Part shown: piece after piece, positions 39,309 to 55,209 of the stretch | Position numbering within the stretch: position 1 is the first letter of the stretch | Layout: every line of letters starts with the position of its first letter | Origin: the human T2T-CHM13v2.0 reference genome, Homo sapiens | NCBI RefSeq assembly: GCF_009914755.1 | Contig: NC_060927.1 | Strand: one strand, 5' to 3' | DNA: 64,000 bases | The notes under the pieces: model-generated | Database searches by the model: none | Told to the model about the DNA's origin: nothing | Seen by the model: the letters and a program-made list of their open reading frames with translations, nothing else | Made by a program: the position numbers and the translations under genes

Positions 39309-40812
39309 CCCATGATATATTATCCTTTTTAAACATTGCTGGATACAATGTAATTTTGCTAGGAATTTTCTAATCCATATGCACAAAAATATTTTGTCCG
39401 TAGTTGTATTTTTCCTGTAATATCCCTGATTAGTTTTGGTATCAGGGTAATGCTGGATTCATTAACAAAATTGAGAAGTGTTCCCTCCTCTTATGTTTTC
39501 TAGCAAAGTCTATATTATTTCTTCCTTAAGTTTGTTTTATTTCATCCCTGATGCCATCTGAGAGTAAATTTTCATTGTCAGAAAGTTTTAGACTACACAT
39601 TTAATGTCTTTAATCCATTTCTTCCTTTTTCATTTACTTATTTTTTAAGAGACGGTATCTGTTGCCCAGGCTGGAAGTGTAGTCACACAAGCATGGCTCA
39701 CTGCGGCCTCAAACTCCTAGGCTAAAGGGATCAATCCACCTCAGCCTCCCCAGCAGTTGGGGAGATGCACATTGCCATACCCAGGTAATTTTTTATTTTT
39801 TGTAGTGACAGGGTTTTGCTTTGCTGCCTAGGCTGGTCTTGAACTCCTGGCTTCAAGCAATCCTCCTGCCTCAGTCTCCCAGTGTTGAAATTACAGGCAT
39901 GCGTCAACATGTCTGGCTTCTTTAATGCATTTCTGTTTGCTAGTTTATATTCTTAGAGGAACTTGTCCATTTCATGTAAATTATCAATTTAGTTGCCACA
40001 AAGTCATCCATAATATTCTCTTATTAGTTTGACTTTTTTTTTTTTTGAGAGGGAGTCTCACTCTGTCACCCAGGCTGGAGTGCAGTGACACGATCTCGGC
40101 TCACTGCAACCTCCACCTCCCAGATTCTCCTGCCTCAGCCTCCTGAATAGCTGGTGGCACGTGCCACCACACCTGGCTAATTATTTTTAGTAGAGACGGG
40201 GTTTCACCATGTTGGCCAGGCTGTTCTTGAACTCCTGACCAGGTGACAAGGCAGGTGATCTGCCTGCCTCAGCCTCCCAAAGTTCTGGGATTACAAGCAT
40301 GAGCCACCACTCCTGGCATTGATTGTAGTTTTGAAGAATGGACTAAAATGTCCCTAATATTTCACCCTTAATGAATTATCAGTTATCTTTTATATTAAAT
40401 ATTATATTGAATAGATCTTGTATATCTTTAGAGAAACATGATCTTTGTTGAAACACAGACTAACCTATTAATCCTTCTATACTTTGTAATAAACAACTCC
40501 CAAATGGGTTTTATCCCATGAAAATGTGACGTCATCCACATGAAATGTGACGTCAAAAACTACAGCTCATTTTCTTTTTTTTTTTTTTTGAGACAGCGTC
40601 TCACTCCCAGGATGGGGTGCAGTGGCGCAATCTCGGCTCACTAGCTTCCGCCTCCTGGGTTCAAGGGATTCTTGTGCCTCAGCTGGGATAACAGGCATGC
40701 CTGGTTAATTTTCGTATTTTTGGTAGAGACTAGGGTTTCACTATGTTGCCCAGGCTGTTCTTAAACCCCTGAGCTCAAGCAATCAGCCCATCTTCGCCTC
40801 CCAAAGTGCTGG

Positions 40813-41110
40813 TGTTGTAGACAAAACCGGGTTCTGGTCACATGGCAGGGAAAGATTAGGCACGCAGACACTTTGAAAGGTGAGGGGTTACGAATTTATT
40901 GGGCAAAAGGGAAAAAGAACAACACAGCAAAGTGAGATGGAGTCCTGCTAACAGGCTGTCCATCTCACCAACTGAATTCCTGGTTACTATCCTGGAACAG
41001 CAGGGGCCAGGCTGTTCCCCTCTGCAAATGGTGTGAACATTTTGCTGCTGCACCCCATCCTCCCAGTGCTTGTAGATTGTCTTGGGAGCCGTTTTTACTT
41101 GGCTGTCTCA
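40813..41110 (-). mobile_element. ERV1 solo LTR, copy 3 (inverted), same Alu junction
   Basis: ctgg-tgttgtag...ggctgtctca-ctag. Confidence 0.8.
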
Positions 41111-41183
41111 CTAGGGTTACAGGCATTAGCCACCGCGCTGGGCATTCTCTTTTTTCTTTTTTTCTTTTTTTTTTTTTTTTTGA

Positions 41184-41468
<285 letters not shown>

Positions 41469-43689
41469 TAGTTTTCTAATTTCTGCGGGATGTGTACCGA
41501 AATTTTCTAATACTGGTGATTTGTGGGGGTTTTTTGTCCTCTGATCAATCTGGCTTTAGAGTTATCAATTTTAATAATCTTTTTTCAACGTACTAGATTT
41601 AGGTTTGATTGAGGTCTGCTATTGTTTTTTTTTCTGATTTTTACTTTATTCATTCTCCTGGAATTTTGTTTCCCATCTCCTCCTTACAATGTGCCCTATT
41701 TTTTTTCCTTAGTTTCTTAGCTAGAAGTTTAAGTCACTGATTTCAACTTTTTTCTGTTCTAATATAAGGATTAAATGCTACAAATTTTTCTCTAAAGTAC
41801 TGCTTTAGTTGCATCTAACAAATTTGAATGTTAGTCCTCACTCTGCACAGTACCATGCATGAATCCTGTACATACCAGAACTGTCCTTACTTGGCAAAAA
41901 TCTGTCTTGGTTACCTGCCTGTACTATTTTCATTTTCAATGAGTTCAAAATATTTTCTAACTTCTGTTGTGATTATTTCCTTAACCCATGATTATTGAGA
42001 AGTATTTTCTTCAATTTCCAAATACCTAGGAATTATTCTTGAGACATTTCTAGTTTAATTCTATTGTGATCAGAGAACATACTTTCACTTCTTTTAAATT
42101 ATACTGAGACTTGTTTTATGGACTAGAATATGATCTTGGTAAATATTCCATTTGCACTCGTAGAGAACGTATTCTGCTGTCCTTGGGTGAAGTGTTTTAT
42201 AAATGTCAGTATCAATCTGGTTGGGCAGTGTTATTCAGGTCTTCCATATCCTTATTAATATTCTGTTTATTTACTCTATCAGAGAGGAGAGCTAAAATCT
42301 CCAACTCTTAATTGTGGACTGATCTATTTCCAATTTTATCATGTATTCTGCACCTGTTGTTATATGCATACACATTCAGGCTTATTACATTCTGATTCTG
42401 GCAATCTGATTCTTATGAGCCATTATATGTTTTCTTTATGTTTCTTCTTGGGTTTTGTTCAGCTCCTTGGATCTATGAGTTCAATGTTTTCCTTAAGTTT
42501 GAAAATTCTTCAACTATAATTTTTTCAAGTATCTTTTCTGATATCCTCCTTTCTGGGATTCCGCTCATACATATTAGACTACATGATATTGTCCCACAAA
42601 TTACTGATGCTCCCTTCATTCTTTTTCAGTCACTTCATTCTCTGTGTTTCATTTTGGATAGTTACTATCACTGTCTTGAAAACCGCTGATTACTTTTCTT
42701 TCCTGCTGTAGTAAATCTTCAGTTAATCCTATCCAGTGTGTTTTCCATTTCAGATACTGTATTTTTTCCTCTCTAGAATTTCCATTTGGGGCTTCCTCCT
42801 ATTTTCAATAGCTCTCTTTAACAGTCATATTCTTCTCTATCCTTTTGAGCATAAATATGCTAGTTGCTTTAACATTCTTATTTTCTAATTCAATCAACTC
42901 TGCCATTTCTGGATCTGTCTTATTATTTTTCTCCTGATTTTGGCTCATATTTTCCTGCTTCTTTATATCCCTGATAATTTTTGGATTCCAGATATTGTGA
43001 AATTTAACATGGTCAGGTGCTAGATTTTATCTTCTTTCTTTTAGTAGTGTAATACTTTGCCCTGGCATATAGTTAATTTAATTCTTTCAAGACCTGCCTT
43101 TAAGAATCTTCAAAGCAGATTCACTGCAGTCTTTGTTGTAAAACTAATCTAGACTCACTACTAAGGCCAGAGCCTTCTGAGAACTCTATCCAATACCCTG
43201 TATGTGTCAAAGTCTTTCCACTGTGGCTGAAGGGAACGCAAACTATTCCCAGCCTTGTGTGAAAGTACAGAAAGTGCTTAGCCTACTACTGTTTTCTGGT
43301 AGTTTTTCCCGGGCCACAGGTAGTTTCCTCTCACACATGGCCAGACCAGTGATCAGCCAAACATTCAAAAGGATCCTTTTTCAGATCTTTGGAACTCTGA
43401 GTACTCTCCACTCTCTTGAACTCTACACCTCAAATTCTAGCCTCTTTGACCTCCCCAAATTCCAATCTATGCTCCTCAACTCTAGGCTCTGTTTGGGTTC
43501 CCCTCCCTGTGCTGTGGCCTGGAAACTGTCTCTGGGCAATAAGTTCAGGTCATCATAGGTATTCTCTCACTTGCTTCTCCTCTCTCAGAAACCAAAGTCC
43601 TGTGCTGCCTCTTATACAATGTCTTAAAACTACTGTTTCATATATTTTATCTGGTTTTCCAGCTACTTTAAATGGGATGGCAGTTACAA

Positions 43690-44330
<641 letters not shown>

Positions 44331-44979
44331 ATGCATTGGAAAACAGCCCCCAAATAGGAATAATTATTAAAATAAAATGGTGAGAAAATTTAATCCCCGT
44401 TATTCCATCCTGTTTAGAAGCAAAGTCCTGTGTAATCCCTTTAGAGAGCAAAAACGAAGAGACTTCATTTTTAGCACTTCCTTGGATACAAATTGGTAGT
44501 TAAGACAAAAACTTCAGGGACATAAATCTTTTCTAGGAATAGTTATTCCTTTGAAAAGTCAAATATTTTCTTCATTATAATCTATTTTTGAAGCCCCTAT
44601 ACTTAACACTTTTAATCCCATATCCTAGCTTAAAACATCAAACCACATACTTAGGTGAACATATCAATATACTAAGAGTTAAGTAAACAATATTTCTGTC
44701 CATAAAAATACTGTGTGCCTTTTTACTCAGTATGAATTAGAGAAGCATACTGATCCATTTACTCACAGAAGAACCTAGGATATCCTAAACTGAATGGCTG
44801 TGATGTATAGAACAGTTTTTTACTGTTTAAGTATTTTTTACTTCTAAATTACTTAGTATCACCAAAAAAAAGTTCACTAGTGACCCTTTCCAAATTCAGT
44901 GTTTGTTTTTCCTTTGCTAGCTACATGACCACTTAGGATTATATTTACTAGATTTACTAGGTCATCAGTATCTCTTAGT

Positions 44980-45017
<38 letters not shown>

Positions 45018-45935
45018 AGAGTCTCGCTCTGTCACCCAGGCTAGAGTGCAGTGGCACAATCTCTGCTCACTGCAACCTCTGCCTCCCGGGTTCAAGCAAT
45101 TCTCTGCCTCAGCCTCCCAAATAGGTGGGATTACAGGTGCCCATCACCACAGCCAGCTAAACTTTTTTTTTTTTTTTCAGTAGAGACGGGGTTTCACCAT
45201 GTTGGCCAGGCTGGTCTTGAACTCCTGACCTCGTGATCCACCTGCCTCAGCCTCCCAAAGTACTGCAATTGCAAGCGTGAGCCACCGCGCCCAGCTGAGT
45301 AGAGTTTCTTAATAGATTCCTGTCAGTCTCACTGGGCTGAAGTTTCCTCATCTATAAAATGAATTTAATATTTGTATTTTTAAAATGCTAAGATGGTTAT
45401 ATATTAAAAATACTAAGATGGTTAAACATAAGACCATTTGTCTAGGGCTTGGTAGAATGTTTAGACACAGAATTTGCACTTTAGATTTTACTATGCCATC
45501 AGTATTTTCCTTCCTATGTTCATGCAGTAACTATATTATACATAACAACTTTTTTGTTCTTTGCCTTTTCACAAAAACTTTCTTTTAGCATAGCATGCAA
45601 CCGCCTATAGGATGTGGCTCACATAGCACATAGCTCTCTTTGCTAGAAAGCAAACACTAGGACCCATGATGTACAGATGGCCTTATACTAATAATGCCCT
45701 GTATGCTAACTAAGTATAATGTCTAAGAATCCTCCTCAGGTTTTACAGCCCTTTTTTTTTTTTGGCTCTTTCCTTTCCCACTCTCAGGGCCACTTAAAAC
45801 ATGGCTATCTATGCTCGTCATCAGATAACAGTCTTGTTCCTGCTTTTCTTTCTGATTTCTATTGGTACCACTAACTTCTCTGCTTTCAAGTAACAAACAA
45901 AAAAACCCTGTCCTTTTATATAACTAATATTATCA

Positions 45936-46420
<485 letters not shown>

Positions 46421-46751
46421 TTAGTACAGGAAATGAAACACTACTAAATTTGAGCCTAAGTGACTAGGCATAACTTTTACAATTTCAAGGATGGGATACA
46501 ATGAAGAAAACAAAGCCCTTTATTTTTTCACTTACATGAAAGAGATCTTGACCTATAAAGATTTTTCTTATAAAAATTATAAAAAAAAAATTATTACTTC
46601 AATTGGTATTCCCCAATACAATACATTCCCCATACAATGTGACTACATTAATGCATACATACAATTTTTAAAAGAAATATTCAATTAAAAGAAAATACTT
46701 TCCAGGAAAATAGGAACTTTAAACTGCTAAAGAAGAACTGTTTTCTCTTAC

Positions 46752-46898
46752 CATAAGAAGGAGATTCCCGTCCATCTTCTTTATCTGATTCTTTATCTTT
46801 TCTCCTCCGGTGGTGATGTTTGTGTCCGCGATGCCTATGACGCCGACGACTCTCTTTACTAAACGGGACGTGAACACCAATATATACAGCTCTATGAC
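46752..46898 (-). CDS. SLC4A7: SLC4A7 coding exon, 147 nt (HRAVYIGVHVPF...His/Arg-rich...ESPSY)
   Basis: ORF 46681-46971; AG/GT boundaries; phase 1-1. Confidence 0.97.
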
Positions 46899-47147
46899 CT
46901 ATTAAAAGGTTCAGAAACATATTACTAGCTTTCCAAAAGAGAAAAAAGTGATATATACAAAAGTACTCCAAAATCTACTCTGATAAAGAATATAAGTTCA
47001 CGTAATTAACAATGGTAGTCTCCAGTTACTTCTCTTATTTTATAAAGCACTACACAGAATATTGTGCCCAGGGCTAATATCACTGACAGATGATTACACT
47101 AAATCTACAAATCACTTATGTAAGTATTTGCACATCTAAAAAGATAT

Positions 47148-47300
47148 CTTTTTTTTTGTTTTGTTTTTGTTTTTGTATTTTTAGTAGAGATGGGGTTTCA
47201 CCATGTTGGTCAGGCTGGTCTTGAACTCCTGACCTCGTGATCCGCCCACCTCAGCCTCCCAAAGTGCTGGGATTACAGGTATGAGCCACCGCACCTGGCC
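47148..47300 (-). repeat. Alu left monomer
   Basis: Alu left arm flanked by direct repeat taaaaagatatct. Confidence 0.88.
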
Positions 47301-48021
47301 TAAAAAGATATCTTAAGAAAGAAGAGCTTAGCCCATCTGAGATCATACTATGTAGACATATATTTATTCCATCTACATTTATGGCCAACCATAGTTAGTA
47401 GAGGTCCTTAAGAGATATATTTTAATAACAATTAAATACTTTATAATAAATATAATATATAAATAACATTTTAGTAACAATTACTTTATAATAAATATAA
47501 TGTATAAATATTTACAAATATTTATTTACTAATTTTTGAGTTTTGAAAAAAAAATCAATAAAGACCAAAATAAAAATAAAGTCCAAATTACTGAGAGCTA
47601 CATTAAATGTAAATAATCCAAATAAAGGTTAGAAACTGTCAGATTAAATAAAAAAGCAGTAAGTAAAGTTATTGCATGCTTTTAAACTAGAAAAAGCTAC
47701 TGCTGATATTGCATTATCCTAACTTTGCAGTATAATAACAAAATAGTTATGAAAGGCAGTCTGTTTTTGACCACTAGATGAAACTGAATCAGGAAAGCTA
47801 CAGAGCTAGGAGCACTATGTCAAATATCAAATGAGTGTTGAGTGAAGAGGGATGTGAAGTACAAGGTCAACTAATCTGCAACTATGTACACAATTTAAAA
47901 AGTTAATAGGCTGAAATACAAATGATTAATGACATTCCTTTCCTAAAAATTCCATAAAATGCTCAGAAAATAAGTATTTCAAGAAACTTAGGACTGCCAT
48001 CTTTATATGTGACTTGAAAGT

Positions 48022-48230
48022 ACAGTTGATCCTCATTATTCATGGGATTCCATATTTGCGAAGTTGCTGACTCACTAACATTTACTTGTAACCACAAAAT
48101 CAATACTTAGGGAGATTTCATGCCATTTTTCGGACAGGCACAGAGCAGCATAAAATTTGAGTTGCCTGACACTCATGTTCCCAGGTAAGGCTTAAAAATG
48201 TGATACTCTGACATCTTATTTCAGCTGCCA
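48022..48230. mobile_element. Tigger-family DNA transposon fragment
   Basis: ta-cagttgatcctcattattcatgggattccatatttgcgaa terminus. Confidence 0.55.
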
Positions 48231-49479
48231 ATATATTAACCTCATAAATAATCACCTTTTAAATTAAAAGAGGGACAACTTAACAAAACATACTGAACTA
48301 TTTGTTTAAACTTCTCCCAGTACTCAGCCTAGCACATGGTAAGTACTCGATAAATGTCTATGGAATTAAATCTCAACTACTAGAAAACAAAAATTCCAAA
48401 TGTAAAAGCTAATTATACAGGGTTTATTTTTGGAATTATAGATATGTTTCGAGAATTAGACAGTGGTGTTGGTTGCATAATATAGTGAATACATTTAAAA
48501 AAGTGTGTAATTTAAATGGTTAATTTTATGTTATGTGAATCTCATTTAAAAAGTAATAAGAAATAAATATAAAAAAACTCAATTTTATTTTAATGAAACT
48601 ATTTCCTTCAAAACATAAAGAAAAGTGGAAATTAAAGAGTCAAATTCCCATCACTGCACTGGGAATTACAAAGTTGTTCCTCCAATTAGTACTAATGGGT
48701 CTTGGCACAGAAGCCCCAATGCACCAAGATAAAAATAAATGCTATGAGTGTGCAGTTTAGAAAGAAAGGGATAGATAAAATAAATAAAAACACGCTAGAA
48801 TCCAAAGATTGGTAGATTAAGCTTATTGTGTTTTCTTCTTTTACTATTGCCTCTAGTGTCCTCTGTTTTAATCTTTTTCTTTTTCTTTCCTTTTTCTTCT
48901 GCCCTTACTTTATTCTATCAAAAGCCTATTTACTCAAACTCTCTTAAACTTAATCTCTCCCTCAAACTTGATACCAAACTTGAAGATGTGTACAAAGTAT
49001 GCAGAGCTTAGGGCCTGTGATAACCAAAGGAATCGAAGGAATATCCAGGTTATGTATAGGTGAGGGTTGACATTAAACATTAAATGTATGACTGTACATT
49101 TGAATTAGTAAAATTACCGCTAAAAATTTTAACCTCCCTAGCTCCTATAATTCACAGGATCTAACCATAAGCTTCTAGATAACTGAGGTTCTTTTTGGAA
49201 ACCCTAACAAGCCTAGGCTCTTAAAGCCAATTTTTAGAGTTAAAAAAAAAAATCGTTTAGAGTTTAAAAAAAAGTCTTAGAATATAAATGAAAACATTTA
49301 CAACATAAATCAAACTTTGTTTCTCTGTCCATCTCTTTTTTATTAAAATAAACAATAACTCAATATAGTACTAGCTCTCACAGAAGAGTTTAACTTAAGG
49401 ATGTAGTTCCTATAAACATCCCCCAAAAATGTCTATCAAAATATTTGCCTTAAACACCACTTTAACCACATGTTCATAG

Positions 49480-50030
49480 TTAACATCATCAATAATAAGT
49501 CATGTTGATATCATATTGTCCACAGATATGGTGCACTGAAAAGGGAACATTACTTCTGTGGTATGCTTCCCAAATAACCATAACCTCCACCTACTCATGC
49601 CAAAACATCAGACTAAACCCAAACTGAGAAACACTGTACAAAATATCTAACCACTACTCTTCAAAAGTGTTAAGGTCATGAAAAACAAAAAAAGAATGAG
49701 AAACTGGTATAGATTAGGAGACTGAGGAGACTTGCAACTAAATGTACTGTTACAGATCCTCAACTGGATCAACTGAATCCTAGAACAGAAAAAGGCCATT
49801 AGTGGAAAAACTAGTGAAGCCTAAATAAAATCTGTGGTTTAACAGTAAACTAGTAATTAGTCAGATTCTAATTAAATTTGTAATTAACCAATGTTAATTT
49901 CTTCATTTACACAAATGTATGATGGCTGCGCAAAATGTTAACATTAGGAGAAACTGGGTGAAGTGTATGGAGGAACTATGTGCTGTCTTTGCAGCTATTC
50001 TGTAAATCTAAAATTATTTTCAAAAGAAAA
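49480..50030 (+). mobile_element. L1MC-type 3' fragment
   Basis: ctcttcaaaagtgttaaggtcatgaa...ctgtaaatctaaaattatt. Confidence 0.65.
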
Positions 50031-50517
50031 GAAACCATTTGCCAGGACTTCTTCCTGTCTAAGGAAGAAAGATGGGCAAATAACTCAGTTGCTCTACAAC
50101 TCTATGGAGAGGTTATTGCAACATTTTAAAAGGCTAATGTAACACCTATAAAATGAATGTTGAGATGACAATTAATGATAACTGTGGTTTATTAGTCTGG
50201 CACTCTAGTGTACTCATAACACAAATTACTCAGCCTGCTAGAAATGAAAAAAATAAGAGTTAACTAATTTTGTGACTGTGTCCTTTCAGTTTTCCAAGTT
50301 AAGGTAATTAATGGTAACCATCACTAAATTTTGAGAAGCATTATGAACTCTATCTTTTGCCAATACTTTCAAATGGCACTCTTCTCAATGTACGCTTTAC
50401 CTTACAACAATAACAAAAAAACTCAACAAATACTAGGTAAAACTTAAAAGGATACTTAAAAACATTAATTAGTAAATTATCCTACTAAGCGAAGTAAGTT
50501 ATTTTAAACCAACTTAC

Positions 50518-50599
50518 TTTCTAGTTCTTCTTTTTCAAACTTGGTGTTCACAGTTGAGCTAGTTTTGCCAAGATCCACAACAGCTTCTTCATCAGGACC
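50518..50599 (-). CDS. SLC4A7: SLC4A7 coding exon, 82 nt (GPDEEAVVDLGKTSSTVNTKFEKEELE)
   Basis: ttttag acceptor, GTAAG donor; translation matches NBCn1. Confidence 0.96.
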
Positions 50600-51458
50600 C
50601 TAAAAACAAATTATTCTCATTGACTCATGAGATCACAATCTATTGAGGACCTATTATATGCATCCTTTGAAATGGCAACAAAATATAAAACAGACTGCTT
50701 TCTCTCAAATAACTGAACTCATTACAGCTAATTGCATTCTTTTAAAATTATGTTTACAAGCTTTTTAAATCCACAGAAGACCATTCAAAAATCCCAGAGT
50801 GAGAAGTGAAATGGCAAAGATTTTTAAATGGTTTTCCATGCAAATTACCAAATAACTGGTAATATATTCATTTCATCCTCAAAAGACAGACCTTCTAGGG
50901 TCAGAGATTAAAGAAAATGTGATGTGAGAGGAATCCTTAGATGTCAACATGTAATGCTTTCTTTCTTGATCTTTGCTCTTAAGTCTCCTAAATAACAGGA
51001 AACAGCTATACTGGACTGAATTATGGTCAAACATAAAATTGTCAAAAATAAGCAGACTCAACATGCAGTACCACTTTAACTGATCAATCAAGAGCTAACA
51101 AAAGTTAAAAGAACTTTTTCTTTTCCCCCAAAGTAAAATTCATGCCAAAATTTAACCTCTAGGGAAATTCTAGCTGCAGTTGTGAAAATCCCACCTTCCT
51201 AATTTTGTTCTCTTTTCAGTTCAACAAAAAGACTAAACATATTTATTAGAAAATGTTGTATAGGCTATTTTTAAGAGGATAAAATTTTAGCTTTAACTTC
51301 CCTTCTCAACTTGTAATAACTTTCAAAAGGACATTCTAATCATCATTAACTACTTATTATTAACTTATTATACACAAGATTCTATGCCACTGCTAGAGAG
51401 AGAACAAATACCCTTCCCTCAAAAAGTCTTTGAAGCCGGGCCTGGTTGCTCACGCCTA

Positions 51459-51860
<402 letters not shown>

Positions 51861-54752
51861 TTATCCAAAACTCAGAACAGGACACAGTATATTAAGAAAA
51901 TGCAGATCTTTTGATATCCAAATTTACTTTCTAAAGGCTAGATATCCAAACTGTAAATCAAATATATTTGGATATCAGGAGATACATGTATATGACTCTG
52001 AATGATTGGTGTTCAATTTAATATAGGTAACAGAGATATTAAATGACTTGGCTATAGTTCCATATTTAAAGGAGTGGGAGCAGGCCATGTAGACCATGAG
52101 ACAATTTCATACAATGGACTAAGAAGATGGGCTAGGTGTGGTGGTTCACACCTGAAATCCCAGTACTTTGGGAGGCTGAGATAGGAGTATCACTTGAGCT
52201 AGGAGTTTGAGACCAGCCTAGACAACATAGCAAGACCCCCATCTCCATTTATTTAATAAAATTTTTAATTAAAAAGAAACTTAAGGCTAGGCACGGTGGC
52301 TCACATCTGTAATCCCAACACTTTGGGAGGCCGAGGTTGGTGGATCACCTGAGGTCAGGAGTTTGACACCAGCCTGGCCAACGTGGCAAAACCCCATCTC
52401 TACTAAAAACGAAAAAATTAGCTGGGCGTGGTAGCGGGCGCCTGTAATCCCAGCTACTCAGGAGGCTGAGGCAGCAGAATCGCTTGAACCCAGGAGGCAG
52501 AGGTTGCAGTGAGCCGAGATCACGTCACTTTACCCCAGCCTGGGAGACAAAGCGAGACTCCGTCTCAAGAAAGAAAAAAATTTTTTAATAAAAAACAAGA
52601 CAGACAAATTAATCAAGCCGCCTTACAGCATTCACTTCCTCAGTAACAAGGAAAAGCCAAAGTAGGAAACCAAACCAAACCCCAAAAGTGCAAGAATGAA
52701 TAATAATTTCCATCCATCAACCAAGTCATATTCTAAAATCTTGAGCTACGTGTTCCAATGACTTCATGTCATTTAGTCTCTGAACATGCACAGGTACAAA
52801 AGATAAGCTCTCCTAAGTAAAAGGCACAGAAGTTGTATCCTGAGAGGTAGCATACTGCCTATTCTAAAAGGGATTAACTGCTCCCATTCCAAACTTTCAT
52901 TTAGGTCGCACAATTGCCAGGATATGAAGCAAAACAATTAACCCTCACCTTCAAATAACAACAAAAAGGACTCAAAAACAGCTTAAGTTATATAATCTCA
53001 CAATACTTATAAATATATTATTTACTATACTTATTTAAAATACACATACCCTTTGACCTCTAAATATCTATCATAGATAAATGCTCCCACATGTACCAAA
53101 CATGACATGTTAAAAAAAAAAAAAAGAGCACATCCTCTCATGGTCTACACAGGCTGCTCCCACTATATACTGTCTGTGAAGTCTTGGGCAAGAGAAAGTT
53201 CAACTTCTCTGAACTTTCATTTTCACTGAGGCATTGTTTCCAATATTTAAAAAAATGAAACAAAAATGTGTGTCAATAGTAAGGAGACAATCTCATACCA
53301 AGGAGTGCTAGGAAACAGTTTGAGAAACCAGACCCAAAAAATGGAAGTAGATCTATGTGTCCTGGTAAGAAAAGGTCTCAAAGATAGTTGTTTACTGCAA
53401 AAGCACATTGTAGTGAATAAGATCAAGTTTATGTTAAAAATATTTACAAGACTAAACCAAAATTTTATTTCCACAGACATGTTTTCATATGTATTTATTT
53501 GTATTAAGTAAAAAGCCGGGGAAAAGGCTTGATGGGATACACACCAAATTCTTAACTGCTCCTTTCTGGAAAGGGAACTGGGTTTGAATGGAAGTCAAGT
53601 TAAAATATGAATTTATTGTTATTGTTTCAGTTTTCAACGAGAGTGTTTTCATGCGTAACTTGCATAACTAAATTTTTTTTTTTTTTTTTTTTGGAGACAG
53701 AGTCTCATTCTGTCGCCCAGGCTGGAGTGCAGTCTTTGGGAGGCCGAAGCAGGCAGATCACTTGAGGTCAGGAGTTCAAGACCAGCCTAGCCAACATGGT
53801 GAAACACTGTCTCTACTAAAAATACAAAAATTAGCTGAGTGCGGTGGAGCATGCCTTTAATTCCAGTTACTTGGGTTGAACCCAGGAAGTGGAGGTTGCA
53901 GTGAGCGCATAGAGCGCCACTGCACTCTAGCCTGGGCAACAGAACGAGACCTTGTCTCAAAAAAAAACACAAAAAACAAAACCTAGTTCATAAATTTAAA
54001 AACCCAGCATCAACACATTACAAAATCAAAATTCAATTCAACATGAAAATCCCAGCAAAATCAAATCTAGTTTTGTTAGAAACAGATTTATGCCTTCATA
54101 AGATATTTTACTAATTCCTCTCATAGTTATTTATCTTGCCTGAAAAAGCAAAATCCACAATTTATATTTTTGTTGGTCAAATTATCAAAAATGACACTTA
54201 ACATGCCAAAAGCAAAGTATTAGAAAAAAAGGATGTTAAAAGACACCTTTAAAATATAGTGTCTAATATCCTTTTGACACCCTAAGGTTTACAAAAATCC
54301 ATTAAAACAGCCATCAGAGATCCCTGTCACAAATTAATTTTTCCATTATATAAGACATATGGCTATAGCCTAAAGTAATGCCTCCCATAAATTATGATGA
54401 ACCATATGGAGTAAATTCATAGTTATCGAACACTTTAGCTTCAAAACACACTTAACTATTAAGATAAAGTGATTTCTTTCCTAATATCTTAACCAAATAA
54501 TTTTTAAAGACTCGTTCAAGTAATATTAACTATCCAAAGAGTTAGTTTTATAGAAGAATAAAGATGCTACAATTATTTTTAACTTTACACAAGGAATTAC
54601 TCTTCAACAGATGACTTCCACAGCCAAGGACACAAAGGATGATACTATTCTAAGCCAGTGCTAATAAGCCTGACATTTCTTCAAGCTTCACTATTAAACT
54701 CTGATTCAAATTCGTTTGTAAATAAAAGACAAGATCATAATTAGGTACATAC

Positions 54753-54785
54753 AGGTAACTTCTTCTCCAGACGAAATCTTTCCAT
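54753..54785 (-). CDS. SLC4A7: SLC4A7 alternative first coding exon (MERFRLEKKLP N-terminus)
   Basis: Reverse complement ATG GAA AGA TTT CGT CTG GAG AAG AAG TTA CCT followed by GTATGT donor; 33 nt, phase 0, joins the GPDEEAVV exon; matches the known MERF start of NBCn1. Confidence 0.93.
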
Positions 54786-54960
54786 AGTAATATAGAAATG
54801 CCTTGTTTCTGATGATGTAATGCAGTAACTCCCTTGAAGATTCCAGGGACAGTGAGCACATATCTGATTTAGGTCACTGTGCTTTGCAGAGATGAATTCT
54901 TCTAAGTTACTTTTATGGTACAGCCAATCACTGTGTTCTAAGTTACCTAATCTTCCAAGC
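54786..54960 (-). promoter_or_regulatory. SLC4A7: Putative internal (MERF-isoform) promoter and 5' UTR
   Basis: Non-repetitive sequence upstream of the MERF ATG with TATA-like CATAAAAG (54910-54917, minus) and a CCAAT box (54924-54928); TSS not determinable from sequence. Confidence 0.5.
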
Positions 54961-55209
54961 TAATAACTACAACTTACACAGGGTCACAGCATAACAGATT
55001 TGGAAAGTAATATACACATTTAGTTATAAGTAAAAATACCAAGAGGAATGCAGCAATCCGTTTTCAACTGAAACCTTTCTGCAATGTTAGTACAAAGAGT
55101 GCATACTCTAAGAATATATGTGGATGGATGTGTGAGAGTATGGTTTATAATTATCATTGTAACCAAAAAACAAAGTATTAATATGGACAATAGCTAGAAA
55201 AAAAAAAGA

